Below, in pieces: positions 31,359 through 52,783 of a DNA stretch of 64,000 nucleotides. The notes below the pieces were generated by a model that was given only the letters and a program-made list of their open reading frames with translations, made no database searches and was not told the DNA's origin. The stretch is taken from NCBI RefSeq assembly GCF_055900595.2, contig NZ_CM148325.1. One strand, written 5' to 3'. Position 1 is the first letter of the stretch. Every line of letters starts with the position of its first letter. The position numbers were made by a program, and so were the translations under genes.

Positions 31359-31858
31359 TACCGTTACTCGCCTTTGCCGCGTGGAGCGGCACTGGAAAAA
31401 CTACGCTGCTGAAAAAACTGATCCCGGCATTATGCGCCAGAGGGATCCGTCCAGGGCTGATTAAGCATACGCACCATGATATGGATGTTGATAAACCGGG
31501 CAAAGATAGCTATGAGCTGCGCAAGGCTGGCGCGGCACAAACCATCGTTGCCAGCCAGCAGCGATGGGCCTTGATGACGGAAACACCAGACGAAGAAGAG
31601 CTGGATCTACATTTTCTCGCAAGTCGAATGGATACCTCAAAGCTGGATTTGATTCTGGTCGAAGGGTTTAAGCATGAAGAGATCGCAAAGATTGTGCTGT
31701 TTCGCGATGGAGCCGGACATCGACCGGAAGAATTAGTGATAGACAGACATGTTATTGCTGTAGCCAGTGATGTGCCGCTTAATCTTGATGTCGCGTTACT
31801 GGATATTAATGATGTTGAGGGGCTGGCTGATTTTGTGGTGGAGTGGATGCAAAAGTAG
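31340..31858 (+). CDS. mobB: Molybdopterin-guanine dinucleotide biosynthesis adapter protein
   Basis: P-loop GTGKTT; start at 31340 or 31355, both overlapping the mobA end. Confidence 0.85.
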   Translation: MAGKTMIPLLAFAAWSGTGKTTLLKKLIPALCARGIRPGLIKHTHHDMDVDKPGKDSYELRKAGAAQTIVASQQRWALMTETPDEEELDLHFLASRMDTSKLDLILVEGFKHEEIAKIVLFRDGAGHRPEELVIDRHVIAVASDVPLNLDVALLDINDVEGLADFVVEWMQK

Positions 31859-31904
31859 GCTGGATAAGATGCGCCAGCGTCGCATCCGGCATGATTTTCT
31901 GCAC

Positions 31905-31940
31905 CAATGCAAAAAGGCCATCCGTCAGGATGGCCTTTCG
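31905..31940 (-). terminator. rRNA operon terminator
   Basis: aggccatcctgacggatggcct hairpin followed by TTTTT downstream of 5S rRNA. Confidence 0.8.
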
Positions 31941-31949
31941 CTTAATTTG

Positions 31950-32070
31950 ATGCCTGGCAGTTCCCTACTCTCGCATGGGGAGACCCCACACTACCATCGG
32001 CGCTACGGCGTTTCACTTCTGAGTTCGGCATGGGGTCAGGTGGGACCACCGCGCTAAGGCCGCCAGGCAA
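31950..32070 (-). rRNA. rrfA: 5S ribosomal RNA
   Basis: Reverse complement matches E. coli 5S rRNA (TGCCTGGCGGC...GGAACTGCCAGGCAT). Confidence 0.95.
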
Positions 32071-32162
32071 ATTCTGTTTCATCAGACCGCTTCTGCGTTC
32101 TGATTTAATCTGTATCAGGCTGAAAATCTTCTCTCAATCCGCCAAAACATCTTCGGCGTTGT

Positions 32163-35067
<2,905 letters not shown>

Positions 35068-35250
35068 TCACAACCCGAAGATGTTTCTTTCGATTCATCA
35101 TCGTGTTGCGAAAATTTGAGAGACTCACGAACAACTTTCGTTGTTCAGTGTTTCAATTTTCAGCTTGATCCAGATTTTTAAAGAGCAAAACTTCGCAGTG
35201 AACCTTTGCAGGTACACTCTGAAGTATTTTTTATTTAATCACTACAGAGA

Positions 35251-35326
35251 TGGTGGAGCTATGCGGGATCGAACCGCAGACCTCCTGCGTGCAAAGCAGG
35301 CGCTCTCCCAGCTGAGCTATAGCCCC
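35251..35326 (-). tRNA. alaT: tRNA-Ala (UGC)
   Basis: Reverse complement is GGGGCTATAGCTCAGCTGGGAGAGCGCCTGCTTTGCACGCAGGAGGTCTGCGGTTCGATCCCGCATAGCTCCACCA. Confidence 0.95.
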
Positions 35327-35368
35327 ATAACATGTAGTTAAAACCTCTTCAAATTTGCGGTGCAAATT

Positions 35369-35445
<77 letters not shown>

Positions 35446-35513
35446 GTAGAGGTTTTACTGCTCATTCTCATCAGACAATCTGTGTGAGCACTGCAAAGAA
35501 CAGTTCTTTCAGG

Positions 35514-37055
<1,542 letters not shown>

Positions 37056-37236
37056 AAAAGTTTGATGCTCAAAGAATTAAACTTCGTAATGAATTACATG
37101 TTCACTCTTGAGACTTGGTATTCATTTTTCGTCTTGCGACGTTAAGAATCCGTATCTTCGAGTGCCCACACAGATTGTCTGATAAATTGTTAAAGAGCAG
37201 TGCCGCTTCGCTTTTTCTCAGCGGCGCGGGGTGTGC

Positions 37237-37264
37237 ATAATACGCTTTCCCGCTTCAGAGTCAA
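37237..37264 (-). promoter_or_regulatory. rRNA operon promoter P2
   Basis: - strand TTGACT-N17-TATTAT followed by GC-rich discriminator. Confidence 0.8.
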
Positions 37265-37354
37265 GCATTTTTTTGCTTTTCTCTGTCGAGATTCTCAGGA
37301 GAATCTCGCTGACCCGGCGGCGTGTTTGCCGTTGTTCCGTGTCAGTGGTGGCGC

Positions 37355-37382
37355 ATTATAGGGAGTTATTCCGGCCTGACAA
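37355..37382 (-). promoter_or_regulatory. rRNA operon promoter P1
   Basis: - strand TTGTCA-N16-TATAAT with an AT-rich UP-element-like stretch immediately upstream (37383-37430). Confidence 0.8.
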
Positions 37383-37431
37383 GAGGAAATTTAAAATAAT
37401 TTTCCGACCGCGCATTTTTTACTCTTTATGC

Positions 37432-37977
37432 TTATTTCAGCGTCGGTTTGTCGGTTAAATGGGCGATTTCTCGGGCGAAATTCGCCACCTGCTGCCAATC
37501 GGTATAGACAACTTCTTTGCGCGTATCCGTTTCACCGCCTGACATCTTCATAATCAGCTTGATCATAAAGCGGTCGTACCAGCGGTAACGTGGATAACGT
37601 AGCGCCCCGGCAATGACGGCACAGCGATCGGGACGCCATTGTGAACTCATCAGAAACTTCCGCGCGTAGCTGTTGGTCTGTGGAGTACGCTTCTCCGGTT
37701 TACGCGCCACCAGGTTTACGGAGTAAAAGGCGCTCGGCATCGAATTCAGCCGCGTCGCATGCTTTTTGACAAATTCCTGGAACGCAGAGTGGTAGTGACC
37801 ATAGCGAATAGAAGCACCAATGACCACGCGATCGTAGTTTTCCCACTGGGGTTCTTCAATGCGATGCACATTAGCGACATCTGCCTGGATCCCCAGTTCT
37901 TTCAGTTCCGAAGCCAGGTAGGCGGCAATCTCGCGCGTTTGTCCGTCCCTTGTTGAGAAAAGAATTAATGTTTTCAC
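37432..37977 (-). CDS. hemG: Protoporphyrinogen oxidase (flavodoxin-like)
   Basis: 181-aa [17 protein letters not shown] flavodoxin fold. Confidence 0.9.
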   Translation of the reverse strand: MKTLILFSTRDGQTREIAAYLASELKELGIQADVANVHRIEEPQWENYDRVVIGASIRYGHYHSAFQEFVKKHATRLNSMPSAFYSVNLVARKPEKRTPQTNSYARKFLMSSQWRPDRCAVIAGALRYPRYRWYDRFMIKLIMKMSGGETDTRKEVVYTDWQQVANFAREIAHLTDKPTLK

Positions 37978-37988
37978 GTATTACTCCA

Positions 37989-39440
37989 TCATTCACGCCA
38001 GAAAGTCGGGGTAAAGAGCACCAGCAATGTAAAGACCTCGAGACGACCAAACAGCATATTGGCAATCAGGATCCATTTAGCCACCGGGTTCATACTGGTA
38101 AAGTTATCAGCAACCACGCCAAGCCCTGGCCCCAGGTTATTCAATGTCGCAACAACCGAGGCAAAGGCAGAAAAGTCATCCACACCCGTGGCGATAATCG
38201 CCAGCATACTGACGATAAACACCAGGGCATAAGCGGAGAAAAATCCCCAAACAGCTTCGAGGATACGTTCCGGCAGTGCGCGATTCCCCAGCTTAATGCT
38301 GTAAACGGCGTTCGGATGCACCAGTCGTTTCAGCTCACGGTTCCCCTGCTTAAACAGCAGCAGAATGCGGATCACTTTCAGGCCACCGCCCGTAGACCCG
38401 GCGCAACCGCCAATAAATGCTGAACATAAAAGCAGTACCGGCAAAAAGAGCGGCCAGCGGGCAATGCTGTCAGTCGTAAACCCGGCGGTTGTCGCCATCG
38501 ACACCACCTGGAAAAACGCCTGGTTAATTGTCATCAGCGCCGAACTATAGACATTATGAAACCACAGCACGAGGGTACAAATAACCACCAGCGTAAACTG
38601 TACGCCGATAAACATGCGAAATTCCGGATCGCGCCAATAAACCTTCAGACTACGCCCACTTAACAGCGAAAAGTGCAGACCGTAGTTACAGCCGGAGATC
38701 AGCAGGAAGATAGCAATGATAGTGTTAATAGTCGGGCTGTCGAAATAACCGATACTGGCATCATGTGTCGAGAAGCCGCCAATAGCGATAGTCGCAAAGC
38801 TATGGCCGATGGCATCAAAGGCATCCATTCCGGCAAACCACAACGCCAGCGCACAGGCGACGGTCAGCAAGACATAAATCAACCACAGGGTTTTCGCCGT
38901 TTCCGCAATTCGCGGGCGCATTTTGTTATCTTTCAGCGGGCCGGGCATTTCCGCGCGATAGAGCTGCATCCCACCCACGCCGAGGATAGGCAGTATCGCA
39001 ACCGCCAACACGATGATCCCCATCCCGCCAAACCATTGCAGCATCTGGCGATAAAAGAGGATTGCGTGAGGAAGTGTATCCAGTCCCACCAGCGTAGTGG
39101 CCCCCGTGGTAGTCAGACCGGAGAAAGATTCAAAAAACGCATCGGTAATCGTGAGGTTTGGGCTTTCCGAAAAGATAAAAGGGAGCGCACCGACGCTACC
39201 CAACACGGTCCAGAACAGCACCACTATCAGAAACCCTTCACGGGATTTCAGTTCGCCCTTTTCTTTACGGTTCGGCCACCACAGCATAGAACCAATGGCA
39301 AGGGCGACAAAAAAGGTCTGGGTAAAGGCGCGGCCCGCACCATCCCGGTAGATGAGTGCTACCAGCCCAGGGATAATCATGGTCCCTGAAAATAAGATGA
39401 CCAGTAGTCCAACAATTCGGGTAATGGCGCGAAAATGCAT
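37989..39440 (-). CDS. trkH: Trk system potassium uptake protein
   Basis: 483-aa polytopic membrane ORF. Confidence 0.9.
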   Translation of the reverse strand: MHFRAITRIVGLLVILFSGTMIIPGLVALIYRDGAGRAFTQTFFVALAIGSMLWWPNRKEKGELKSREGFLIVVLFWTVLGSVGALPFIFSESPNLTITDAFFESFSGLTTTGATTLVGLDTLPHAILFYRQMLQWFGGMGIIVLAVAILPILGVGGMQLYRAEMPGPLKDNKMRPRIAETAKTLWLIYVLLTVACALALWFAGMDAFDAIGHSFATIAIGGFSTHDASIGYFDSPTINTIIAIFLLISGCNYGLHFSLLSGRSLKVYWRDPEFRMFIGVQFTLVVICTLVLWFHNVYSSALMTINQAFFQVVSMATTAGFTTDSIARWPLFLPVLLLCSAFIGGCAGSTGGGLKVIRILLLFKQGNRELKRLVHPNAVYSIKLGNRALPERILEAVWGFFSAYALVFIVSMLAIIATGVDDFSAFASVVATLNNLGPGLGVVADNFTSMNPVAKWILIANMLFGRLEVFTLLVLFTPTFWRE

Positions 39441-39478
39441 CTCTGCCGCTTCCTTAGTTCTGCAAAATGAAGTGGGGA

Positions 39479-40096
39479 TTATTCTTCAATCGCTAACAAT
39501 TGCAATGAACCACGGCTAAAATCCGCCAGTTTTGCGGAAAATTCAGCCACTTTCGCCGCCGGAAGCGCCACCCGCAGCAGAACGAATGTCTGATAATCAC
39601 TGTTGATAATTTTGCCGCCACACTGCCCCAGCAATGCTTCAATGCCGGTTAACTGACTATATTCACATTGCAAAGTATATTCGGTTAATGGCGTCTTGCG
39701 TTGGGTCGTTAGCTGGCGCAGTGCCTGATTCACGCCGCCGCCATACGCTTTCACTAACCCACCGGTGCCCAGCAATATGCCGCCGTAGTAGCGCACCACC
39801 ACGGCGGTAATTTCCCCGACGCCGCTGCCCATAAGTTGGGCGAGCATCGGTTTACCTGCCGTTCCCGCGGGTTCCCCGTCATCAGAGAAACCCAGTTGTT
39901 GAGAATCATCCGGTGCGCCAGCTACCCACGCCACGCAATGGTGGCGGGCATCAGGGTGTTCTGCCCGCACCGATTCAACAAACGCTTTCGCCGCCTCGAC
40001 GCCATCGGTATGCGCCAACAGCGTAATGAAGCGGCTTTTTTTGATCTCTTCAACAACCGTGACCGGTGCCGCAGGAATTAACCAGCTTTCCATCAC
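39479..40096 (-). CDS. yigZ: IMPACT-family protein
   Basis: 205-aa ORF whose start overlaps the pepQ stop by 4 nt. Confidence 0.85.
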
Positions 40097-41424
40097 GCCA
40101 GTTTCAGATCCCGGGTCATGTTTTCCACGTTGTTTTCGTGGATCACCACGTTGTCTTCGATACGAATACCGCCGAACGGTTTCAGTGCTTCAATTTTCTG
40201 CCAGTTGAAGTGTTTGCTGAACTGCCCTTCACGCCACGGTGCCAGCAGCGATTCGATGAAGTAGATACCCGGTTCGATGGTTAAGACCATGCCCGGCTGG
40301 AGAATACGGGTGCAGCGCAGGTACGGATATTTTGCCGGTGCCGCGAGGTGCGTACCGCTATCATCCTGCATAAAACCGGCCACGTCATGCACCTGCAGGC
40401 CCAGCGGATGGCCGATACCGTGCGGCATAAACGGTCCGGTAAGATCATTTTCGACCATCGCCTCTTCACTCATATCGGTGATGATTTGATGTTTACGCAG
40501 CAGTTTGGCGATACGCTGATGGAACTGGATGTGGTAATCCACATAGCTGACGCCTGCTTTCATGGTGGCGATCAGCGCCAGTTGTTCATCATTTACGTCT
40601 TTCACCAGCTGTGCATAGTCGTTGTCGCTTTTTGCCGACCAGGTACGAGTCAGGTCAGCCGCATAGCCGTTATATTCGGCCCCGGCATCCAGCAGGAAGC
40701 TGCGCATCTCTTCCGGTGCCTGATGGTCGAGTTTGGTGTAATGCAGTACCGCAGCGTGTTCGTTGAGCGCCACAATGTTGCTGTAAGGCACGTCGGTATC
40801 ACGATGACCGGTCGCGGTCAGATAGGCAATGTTGATATCGAACTCGCTCATGCCAGAACGGAACGCTTCTTCTGCCGCGCGATGACCGTTGACCGCCATT
40901 TTCTGCGCTTCACGCATACAGGCCAGTTCGTACTCGGTTTTGAAGGAGCGGTAGTAATGCAGGTAGTCGATCACCCCTTTCGGGTTGATATTGCTGGCCT
41001 CAATACCCAGTTGCAGCGCACGTTCCGGCACCGGACCGATATAACCGATATTGCCGCGCGCAGCTGGCAACAGGCTACCAATGCCATCGGCTTTCGGCAA
41101 CGCAATTACTTCCACGTCCTCAGTCCAGAAGGAGGTCGGCAGTGGTTCAACGTTGTGCCAGTAATCAACCGGCAGATAAAACCACAGTTTCGGCTTGTTC
41201 ACGCCATCTACCAGCAACCAGCAGTTTGGCACCTGGGTTACCGGCACCCACGCTTTGAATTGCGGGTTCACTTTAAAAGGATAGGGATGATCGTCGAGAA
41301 AAACGTTGAACAGTTCGCCGGAGTGAATAAGTAACGCATCCAGCTTGAAGCGCGCCAGCGCATCGCGAGTCCGTTCCTGTAAGGTAGCTATATGATTTTT
41401 ATAGAGCGAGGCCAGTGATTCCAT
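40093..41424 (-). CDS. pepQ: Xaa-Pro dipeptidase (prolidase)
   Basis: 443-aa ORF with M24 metallopeptidase motifs ([13 protein letters not shown]). Confidence 0.9.
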
Positions 41425-41570
41425 TTTTTACCCTTCTGTTTTTTGACCTTAAGTCTCCGCATCTTAGCACAACGTTAATACAGAGCGTGATTTCTGCCGA
41501 GCGTGATCAGATTGGCATTTCTTTAATCTTTTATTTGCATATTTTTAACACAAAATACACACTTCGTCTC

Positions 41571-41587
41571 ATCTGGTACGACCAGAT
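41571..41587 (+). promoter_or_regulatory. FadR operator in the fadB promoter
   Basis: atctggtacgaccagat palindrome about 25 bp upstream of the fadB start. Confidence 0.75.
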
Positions 41588-41612
41588 CACCTTGCGGATT
41601 CAGGAGACTGAC

Positions 41613-43802
41613 ATGCTTTACAAAGGCGACACCCTGTACCTTGACTGGCTGGAAGATGGCATTGCCGAACTGGTATTTGATGCCCCAGGTTCAGTTAATA
41701 AACTCGACACTGCGACCGTCGCCAGCCTCGGCGAGGCCATCGGCGTGCTGGAACAGCAATCAGATTTAAAAGGGCTGCTGCTGCGTTCGAATAAAGCAGC
41801 CTTTATCGTCGGTGCTGATATCACCGAATTCTTGTCCCTGTTCCTCGTTCCTGAAGAACAGTTAAGCCAGTGGCTGCATTTTGCCAATAGCGTGTTTAAT
41901 CGCCTGGAAGATCTGCCGGTGCCGACCATTGCTGCCGTCAACGGCTATGCGCTGGGCGGTGGCTGCGAATGTGTGCTGGCGACCGATTATCGTCTGGCGA
42001 CGCCAGATCTGCGCATCGGTCTGCCGGAAACCAAACTGGGCATCATGCCGGGCTTTGGCGGTTCTGTACGTATGCCACGTATGCTCGGTGCTGATAGTGC
42101 GCTGGAAATCATTGCTGCCGGTAAAGATGTCGGCGCGGATCAGGCGCTGAAAATCGGTCTGGTGGATGGCGTAGTCAAAGCAGAAAAACTGGTTGAAGGC
42201 GCGAAGGCGATTTTACGTCAGGCCATTAACGGCGACCTCGACTGGAAAGCGAAACGTCAGCCGAAGCTGGAACCGCTAAAACTGAGCAAGATTGAAGCCA
42301 CCATGAGCTTCACCATCGCTAAAGGAATGGTCGCACAAACAGCAGGGAAACATTACCCCGCGCCCATCACCGCAGTAAAAACCATTGAAGCGGCTGCCCG
42401 TTTTGGTCGTGAAGAAGCATTAAATCTGGAAAACAAAAGTTTTGTCCCGCTGGCGCATACCAACGAAGCTCGCGCACTGGTCGGCATTTTCCTTAACGAT
42501 CAATATGTAAAAGGCAAAGCGAAGAAACTCACCAAAGACGTTGAAACCCCAAAACAGGCCGCTGTGCTGGGCGCAGGCATTATGGGCGGCGGCATTGCTT
42601 ACCAGTCTGCGTGGAAAGGCGTGCCGGTTGTCATGAAAGATATCAATGACAAGTCGTTAACCCTCGGTATGACTGAAGCCGCAAAACTGCTGAACAAGCA
42701 GCTTGAGCGCGGCAAGATCGACGGTCTGAAACTGGCTGGCGTGATCTCCACGATTCATCCAACGCTCGACTACGCCGGGTTTGACCGCGTGGATGTTGTG
42801 GTAGAAGCGGTTGTCGAAAACCCGAAAGTGAAAAAAGCCGTACTGGCAGAAACCGAGCAGAAAGTACGCCCGGATACCGTGCTGGCGTCTAACACTTCAA
42901 CCATTCCTATCAGCGAACTGGCCAACGCGCTGGAACGTCCGGAAAACTTCTGCGGGATGCACTTCTTTAACCCGGTCCACCGGATGCCGTTGGTAGAAAT
43001 AATTCGCGGCGAGAAAAGCTCCGACGAAACCATCGCGAAAGTCGTCGCCTGGGCGAGCAAGATGGGCAAAACGCCGATTGTGGTTAACGACTGCCCCGGC
43101 TTCTTTGTTAACCGCGTGCTGTTCCCCTATTTCGCCGGTTTCAGCCAGCTGCTGCGCGACGGCGCGGATTTTCGCAAGATCGACAAAGTGATGGAAAAAC
43201 AGTTCGGCTGGCCGATGGGTCCGGCATACTTGCTGGATGTCGTGGGCATTGATACCGCGCATCACGCCCAGGCAGTGATGGCAGCAGGTTTCCCGCAGCG
43301 GATGCAGAAAGATTATCGCGATGCCATCGACGCACTGTTTGATGCCAACCGTTTTGGTCAGAAGAACGGCCTTGGTTTCTGGCGTTATAAAGAAGACAGC
43401 AAAGGTAAGCCGAAGAAAGAAGAAGATGCCGCCGTTGACGACCTGCTGGCAGAAGTCAGCCAGCCGAAGCGCGATTTCAGCGAAGAAGAGATTATCGCCC
43501 GCATGATGATCCCGATGGTCAACGAAGTGGTGCGTTGTCTGGAGGAAGGCATTATCGCCACTCCGGCAGAAGCCGATATGGCACTGGTCTACGGCCTGGG
43601 CTTCCCTCCGTTCCACGGCGGCGCGTTCCGCTGGCTGGACACCCTCGGTAGCGCAAAATACCTCGATATGGCACAACAATATCAGCACCTCGGCCCGCTG
43701 TATGAAGTGCCGGAAGGTCTGCGTAATAAAGCGCGTCATAACGAACCGTACTATCCCCTGGTTGAGCCAGCCCGTCCGGTTGGCGACCTGAAAACGGCTT
43801 AA
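41613..43802 (+). CDS. fadB: Fatty acid oxidation complex alpha subunit
   Basis: 729 aa from [12 protein letters not shown] with CAGGAG upstream. The ORF track's 66-codon upstream extension is rejected. Confidence 0.95.
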   Translation: MLYKGDTLYLDWLEDGIAELVFDAPGSVNKLDTATVASLGEAIGVLEQQSDLKGLLLRSNKAAFIVGADITEFLSLFLVPEEQLSQWLHFANSVFNRLEDLPVPTIAAVNGYALGGGCECVLATDYRLATPDLRIGLPETKLGIMPGFGGSVRMPRMLGADSALEIIAAGKDVGADQALKIGLVDGVVKAEKLVEGAKAILRQAINGDLDWKAKRQPKLEPLKLSKIEATMSFTIAKGMVAQTAGKHYPAPITAVKTIEAAARFGREEALNLENKSFVPLAHTNEARALVGIFLNDQYVKGKAKKLTKDVETPKQAAVLGAGIMGGGIAYQSAWKGVPVVMKDINDKSLTLGMTEAAKLLNKQLERGKIDGLKLAGVISTIHPTLDYAGFDRVDVVVEAVVENPKVKKAVLAETEQKVRPDTVLASNTSTIPISELANALERPENFCGMHFFNPVHRMPLVEIIRGEKSSDETIAKVVAWASKMGKTPIVVNDCPGFFVNRVLFPYFAGFSQLLRDGADFRKIDKVMEKQFGWPMGPAYLLDVVGIDTAHHAQAVMAAGFPQRMQKDYRDAIDALFDANRFGQKNGLGFWRYKEDSKGKPKKEEDAAVDDLLAEVSQPKRDFSEEEIIARMMIPMVNEVVRCLEEGIIATPAEADMALVYGLGFPPFHGGAFRWLDTLGSAKYLDMAQQYQHLGPLYEVPEGLRNKARHNEPYYPLVEPARPVGDLKTA

Positions 43803-44975
<1,173 letters not shown>

Positions 44976-44980
44976 CCACT

Positions 44981-45097
44981 TGCCGGATGCGGCGTAAACG
45001 CCTTATCCGGTCTACCGATCCTGCGCCCATGTGGGCCTGATAAGACGCGCAAGCGTCGCATCAGGCATCGTGTGCCGAATGCCGGATGCGACATAGA
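44981..45097. repeat. REP/BIME cluster
   Basis: Three REP-like palindromes (tgccggatgcggcgtaaacgccttatccgg; gcctgataagacgcgcaagcgtcgcatcaggc; gccggatgcgac). Confidence 0.75.
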
Positions 45098-45127
45098 TCT
45101 AAATGCCACTGTATAAAGTTTTAGTTG

Positions 45128-45155
45128 CCGTTCTTCCCGCCTGTCAGGGGCGGGT
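45128..45155 (+). terminator. fadBA terminator
   Basis: cccgcctgtcaggggcggg hairpin followed by TTTTTT. Confidence 0.75.
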
Positions 45156-45165
45156 TTTTTATATC

Positions 45166-45867
45166 TCAGATAAATGCAAACGCATCGCCAAACAGGCGAT
45201 CTTCCCGCGCATTACGCTCACTGCAAAACAGGTCACGGGCAATTTTCGCCATCTCAAAACGTCCGGCAATATAGATATCATGCTCTGCCAGCGTGCCGTG
45301 ATCCTGCAATACCGCCGTTAACACGGTGCCAGTACGCCCACGCCAACCCGCTTCCGGTTGTTCAACCACCGGCACCACTTGCAGACCAGGATGCTTCAGC
45401 GAAAGCGCCTCAAGCTCGGAGAGATCATAAAGATGCTGCTCTTCACGCCCGCCCCAGTAAATGGTGATATCACGGTTTGGGTTACGCGCCAGCGCCGTCA
45501 GCAAAATCGAGCGCGCATAAGAGAACCCGGTGCCACCCGCAATCAAAATCATCGGACGTTCTTCATCATCGCGCAGCCACGCTTCTCCGTGGGGAATATC
45601 GACCACGATTTGATGATCTTTGAGAATACGGTCCATAACGGCTTTCGCGTAAAGGTTAATTTCAGAAGCGCCAATATGCAGCTCGATGAAACCTTTTTCA
45701 TCCGGCGTCGAGGCCATTGAAAACGGACGTTTGTCGCGCTCATCCATCACTACCATCAAATACTGACCAGCACGAAAAGAAAAGGCCGCGTCTGGTACGA
45801 TTCGGACACGGTATACGGTATCCGTGATAGCTTCTACCGAGGTCACTTTACAGCTTAAGGTTGTCAT
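45166..45867 (-). CDS. fre: NAD(P)H-flavin reductase
   Basis: 233 aa from [17 protein letters not shown]; RAGQYL flavin-binding motif. Confidence 0.9.
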   Translation of the reverse strand: MTTLSCKVTSVEAITDTVYRVRIVPDAAFSFRAGQYLMVVMDERDKRPFSMASTPDEKGFIELHIGASEINLYAKAVMDRILKDHQIVVDIPHGEAWLRDDEERPMILIAGGTGFSYARSILLTALARNPNRDITIYWGGREEQHLYDLSELEALSLKHPGLQVVPVVEQPEAGWRGRTGTVLTAVLQDHGTLAEHDIYIAGRFEMAKIARDLFCSERNAREDRLFGDAFAFI

Positions 45868-45912
45868 GCGCTTTCTCTGTCGGATCGATAAATAGGGCAA
45901 AACAAACGCGCA

Positions 45913-47406
45913 TCAGGCGCTTTTACCGTTGTTAAAGATGGCCAGTTCATCCCAGATGGCGTCAATATGCGCGACAACATCCGGATCTTTTTTGATGGGA
46001 CGTCCCCATTCACGCTGGGTTTCCCCTGGCCATTTATTCGTGGCATCCAGCCCCATTTTTGAACCCAGCCCGGACACAGGCGAGGCAAAATCCAGATAAT
46101 CAATAGGCGTATTTTCTACCAGAACAGTATCCCGCGCCGGGTCCATACGGGTGGTAATCGCCCAAATCACATCGTTCCAGTCGCGTGCGTTGACGTCATC
46201 ATCGCAAACGATCACAAATTTAGTGTACATAAACTGGCGTAAGAACGACCAGACGCCCATCATGACGCGCTTCGCGTGTCCGGCGTACTGTTTTTTGATC
46301 GTCACTACCGCCAGGCGATAAGAGCAGCCTTCCGGCGGCAGGTAAAAATCGACAATTTCCGGGAACTGTTTTTGCAGAATCGGCACAAACACTTCGTTCA
46401 GTGCGACACCCAGCACCGCAGGTTCATCCGGCGGACGCCCGGTATAGGTGGAATGATAAATCGCATCTTCACGCTGGGTAATATGCGTCACAGTAAATAC
46501 CGGGAAACTATCGACTTCGTTATAGTAACCGGTGTGGTCGCCATACGGCCCTTCCGGCGCCGTTTCACCTTGTTCGATATACCCTTCCAGCACAATCTCC
46601 GCACTGGCGGGCACTTCAAGGTCATTGGAGATACACTTCACCACTTCGGTCTTGGTGCCGCGCAGCAATCCGGCAAACGCATATTCTGAAAGTGTATCCG
46701 GAACGGGCGTTACCGCACCGAGAATCGTGGCGGGATCAGCACCCAGCGCCACAGAAACCGGGAAACGTTCGCCCGGATGCGCCGCGCACCACTCCTGATA
46801 ATCCAGCGCGCCGCCGCGATGCGACAGCCAACGCATAATCAGTTTGTTTTTACCAATCAGCTGCTGGCGATAAATACCCAGATTCTGCCGTTCTTTATTC
46901 GGGCCGCGCGTTACGGTCAGCCCCCAGGTAATCAGCGGCGCGGCATCTTCCGGCCAGCAGGTCATAATGGGAATGCGGTTAAGATCGACGTCATCGCCAG
47001 AGACGATTTTTTGTTGGCAGGGCGCACCACGCAGTCGCTTTGTCGGCATGTTCAATACTTGTTTAAACTGCGGCAGTTTATCAAACAGGTCGCGGAAACC
47101 TTTTGGCGGCTCCGGCTCTTTCAGAAAAGCCAATAATTTACCCACTTCACGCAGCGCCGAAACATCTTCCTGCCCCATGCCCATCGCCACGCGCTTCGGC
47201 GTACCGAACAGGTTGCAAAGCACCGGCATTGAGTACCCTTTAGGGTTTTCGAATAACAGCGCAGGCCCACCGGCACGCAAAGTGCGGTCAGCAATTTCAG
47301 TGATTTCCAGATGCGGATCCACCGGGAGCGTGATACGTTTTAGCTCACCCTGCTGTTCAAGCAGCGTCAGGAAGTCGCGTAAATCGTTATATTTCATGGC
47401 ATCCAT
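45913..47406 (-). CDS. ubiD: 4-hydroxy-3-polyprenylbenzoate decarboxylase
   Basis: 497-aa ORF. Confidence 0.9.
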   Translation of the reverse strand: MDAMKYNDLRDFLTLLEQQGELKRITLPVDPHLEITEIADRTLRAGGPALLFENPKGYSMPVLCNLFGTPKRVAMGMGQEDVSALREVGKLLAFLKEPEPPKGFRDLFDKLPQFKQVLNMPTKRLRGAPCQQKIVSGDDVDLNRIPIMTCWPEDAAPLITWGLTVTRGPNKERQNLGIYRQQLIGKNKLIMRWLSHRGGALDYQEWCAAHPGERFPVSVALGADPATILGAVTPVPDTLSEYAFAGLLRGTKTEVVKCISNDLEVPASAEIVLEGYIEQGETAPEGPYGDHTGYYNEVDSFPVFTVTHITQREDAIYHSTYTGRPPDEPAVLGVALNEVFVPILQKQFPEIVDFYLPPEGCSYRLAVVTIKKQYAGHAKRVMMGVWSFLRQFMYTKFVIVCDDDVNARDWNDVIWAITTRMDPARDTVLVENTPIDYLDFASPVSGLGSKMGLDATNKWPGETQREWGRPIKKDPDVVAHIDAIWDELAIFNNGKSA

Positions 47407-47527
47407 TGTAGCCTCTTAATCTGCGCCCATTATACGGCGTTCATCTTTGCGATGCTGTAAATTTGTTAAATTAGCGTGAACTCTGACGGTATAACGCAAA
47501 CCGGGGAATATAATTAACTTAGCGTAA

Positions 47528-48840
<1,313 letters not shown>

Positions 48841-48881
48841 CCTGTACTCCATATGACAACCGCCCTGACGGGCGGTTGAAT

Positions 48882-49658
48882 TTATTCTTCAGTTTTTTCG
48901 CTTTCTGCTTCAGCGTCGTTTTCCTCTTCCCGGTTTCGACCCTTACCAACGTAAAAGCGTGAGAAGAAGACACCGATTTCAAACAGGCAGTACATCGGGA
49001 TCGCCAGCAGCGTTTGCGAGAAGACATCCGGCGGCGTCAGCAGCATCCCGACAACAAATGCGCCAACCAGCACATACGGACGTTTTTTGCGTAAGTCTTC
49101 TGGCGAGGTAATTCCCATCCAGCACAGCAACACAATTGCCACCGGCACTTCAAAGGAGACACCAAACGCCATAAACAGCGCCATAACGAAGCTTAAATAG
49201 CTGGCGATGTCGGTGGATACCTGTACCCCTTCCGGCGCGGTATTGGCAAGGAAGCCAAATGCCAGAGGAAAGACCACAAAGTAGGCGAACGCCATGCCGA
49301 TATAAAACAGCAGAGAGCTGGAAACCAGCAGCGGCACCACCAGGCGACGTTCGTGCTTATACAATGCTGGGGCGATAAACGCCCACACCTGATAGAGAAT
49401 CACCGGCGCTGATAGAATCAGCGACACCATAAAGGTTAGCTTGATCGGCGTAAAGAACGGCGAGGCCACGTCAGTGGCGATCATCGTTGAGCCTTGCGGT
49501 AACTGCTTGATCAATGGCGCGGATACCAGGTGATAGATGTCATTGGCGAAATAGACCAGACACAGGAATATCACGATCACCGCGATAATGCAGTTCAGCA
49601 GACGCTTACGCAGCTCAATCAGATGCGTGATAAGCGGTTGAGTATCTTCTACAGACAT
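48882..49658 (-). CDS. tatC: Twin-arginine translocase subunit TatC
   Basis: 258-aa polytopic ORF. Confidence 0.95.
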
Positions 49659-49660
49659 GT

Positions 49661-50176
49661 TTACGGTTTATCACTCGACGAAGGGGAAGGTGCAGCGGTT
49701 TTCGGTTCAGCGTCCGCAGCAGGTTTTACCACCGGCTCTGGCGTGGTTTCTGGCTTCTGTTCTGGCGAACTGGCCTGCGTTTGTGCAGCGGCAGGCGTTA
49801 CGCCTTCATGCGCAGCTTCATTATCTTTCACCACCGGATTATGGATGGTGTGCGCTTCATCGCTCGCCTTTTCAGGATCGTTTGCAACGTAGGAACGCTT
49901 CATCGACTCCGCGGCCTGGCGTAGTTCATCCATCGACGCTTTCAGTTCGGGCGTCAGGTTAGTGAGGCTCGCCTTTTCAACCTTTTTCAGGCTGTCCTGA
50001 AACTCCTGGAGTTTTAACTCCTGGGTCAGTTCGTTCTGCACCGTTGTCGCCAGTGAACGCAACGCGCGAATCCAGCCCGCTACCGTTTTTACCGCCACAG
50101 GCAGTCGTTGCGGCCCCAGAACGACGAGGCCGATGATGAACACCAATAGCAGTTCGCTAAAACCGATATCAAACAC
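49661..50176 (-). CDS. tatB: Twin-arginine translocase subunit TatB
   Basis: 171-aa ORF beginning [26 protein letters not shown]. Confidence 0.95.
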
Positions 50177-50179
50177 GGA

Positions 50180-50449
50180 TTACACCTGCTCTTTATCGTG
50201 GCGCTTTGCGTCTTCTGTTTTAGCCTGTTCCTGATTCGTATCCGCCTGCTTATCGGCGATAGTTTTCGCAGTAAAATCAGCATCCTGACTGGTTTTATCC
50301 TGCTTTGGTTCATCATCGCTCATTGCTTTTTTAAAGCCTTTGATCGACGCACCAAGATCGGAACCGATGGAGCCGAGCTTTTTGGTGCCAAAAAGCAGTA
50401 CAACGATGACGGCAATAATCAATAACTGCCAAATACTGATACCACCCAT
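50180..50449 (-). CDS. tatA: Twin-arginine translocase subunit TatA
   Basis: 89 aa from [25 protein letters not shown]. Confidence 0.95.
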   Translation of the reverse strand: MGGISIWQLLIIAVIVVLLFGTKKLGSIGSDLGASIKGFKKAMSDDEPKQDKTSQDADFTAKTIADKQADTNQEQAKTEDAKRHDKEQV

Positions 50450-50527
50450 ACATGTTCCTCTGTGGTAGATGATGATTAAACAAGGCCGCATTATACGTTA
50501 CACGGCCCGCCTTGAGCGATGAAAAAA

Positions 50528-52770
<2,243 letters not shown>

Positions 52771-52783
52771 TTCCGGTCTCCTG

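Noticed and set aside
40348-41334. 328-aa + strand ORF
   Set aside because: Antisense to pepQ.
41415-41612. 66-codon N-terminal extension of fadB in the ORF track
   Set aside because: It runs through the fadB promoter and FadR operator. The conserved start MLYKGD at 41613 has a ribosome-binding site and gives the expected 729-aa protein.
46276-47419. Three overlapping + strand ORFs (88-150 aa)
   Set aside because: All are antisense to ubiD.
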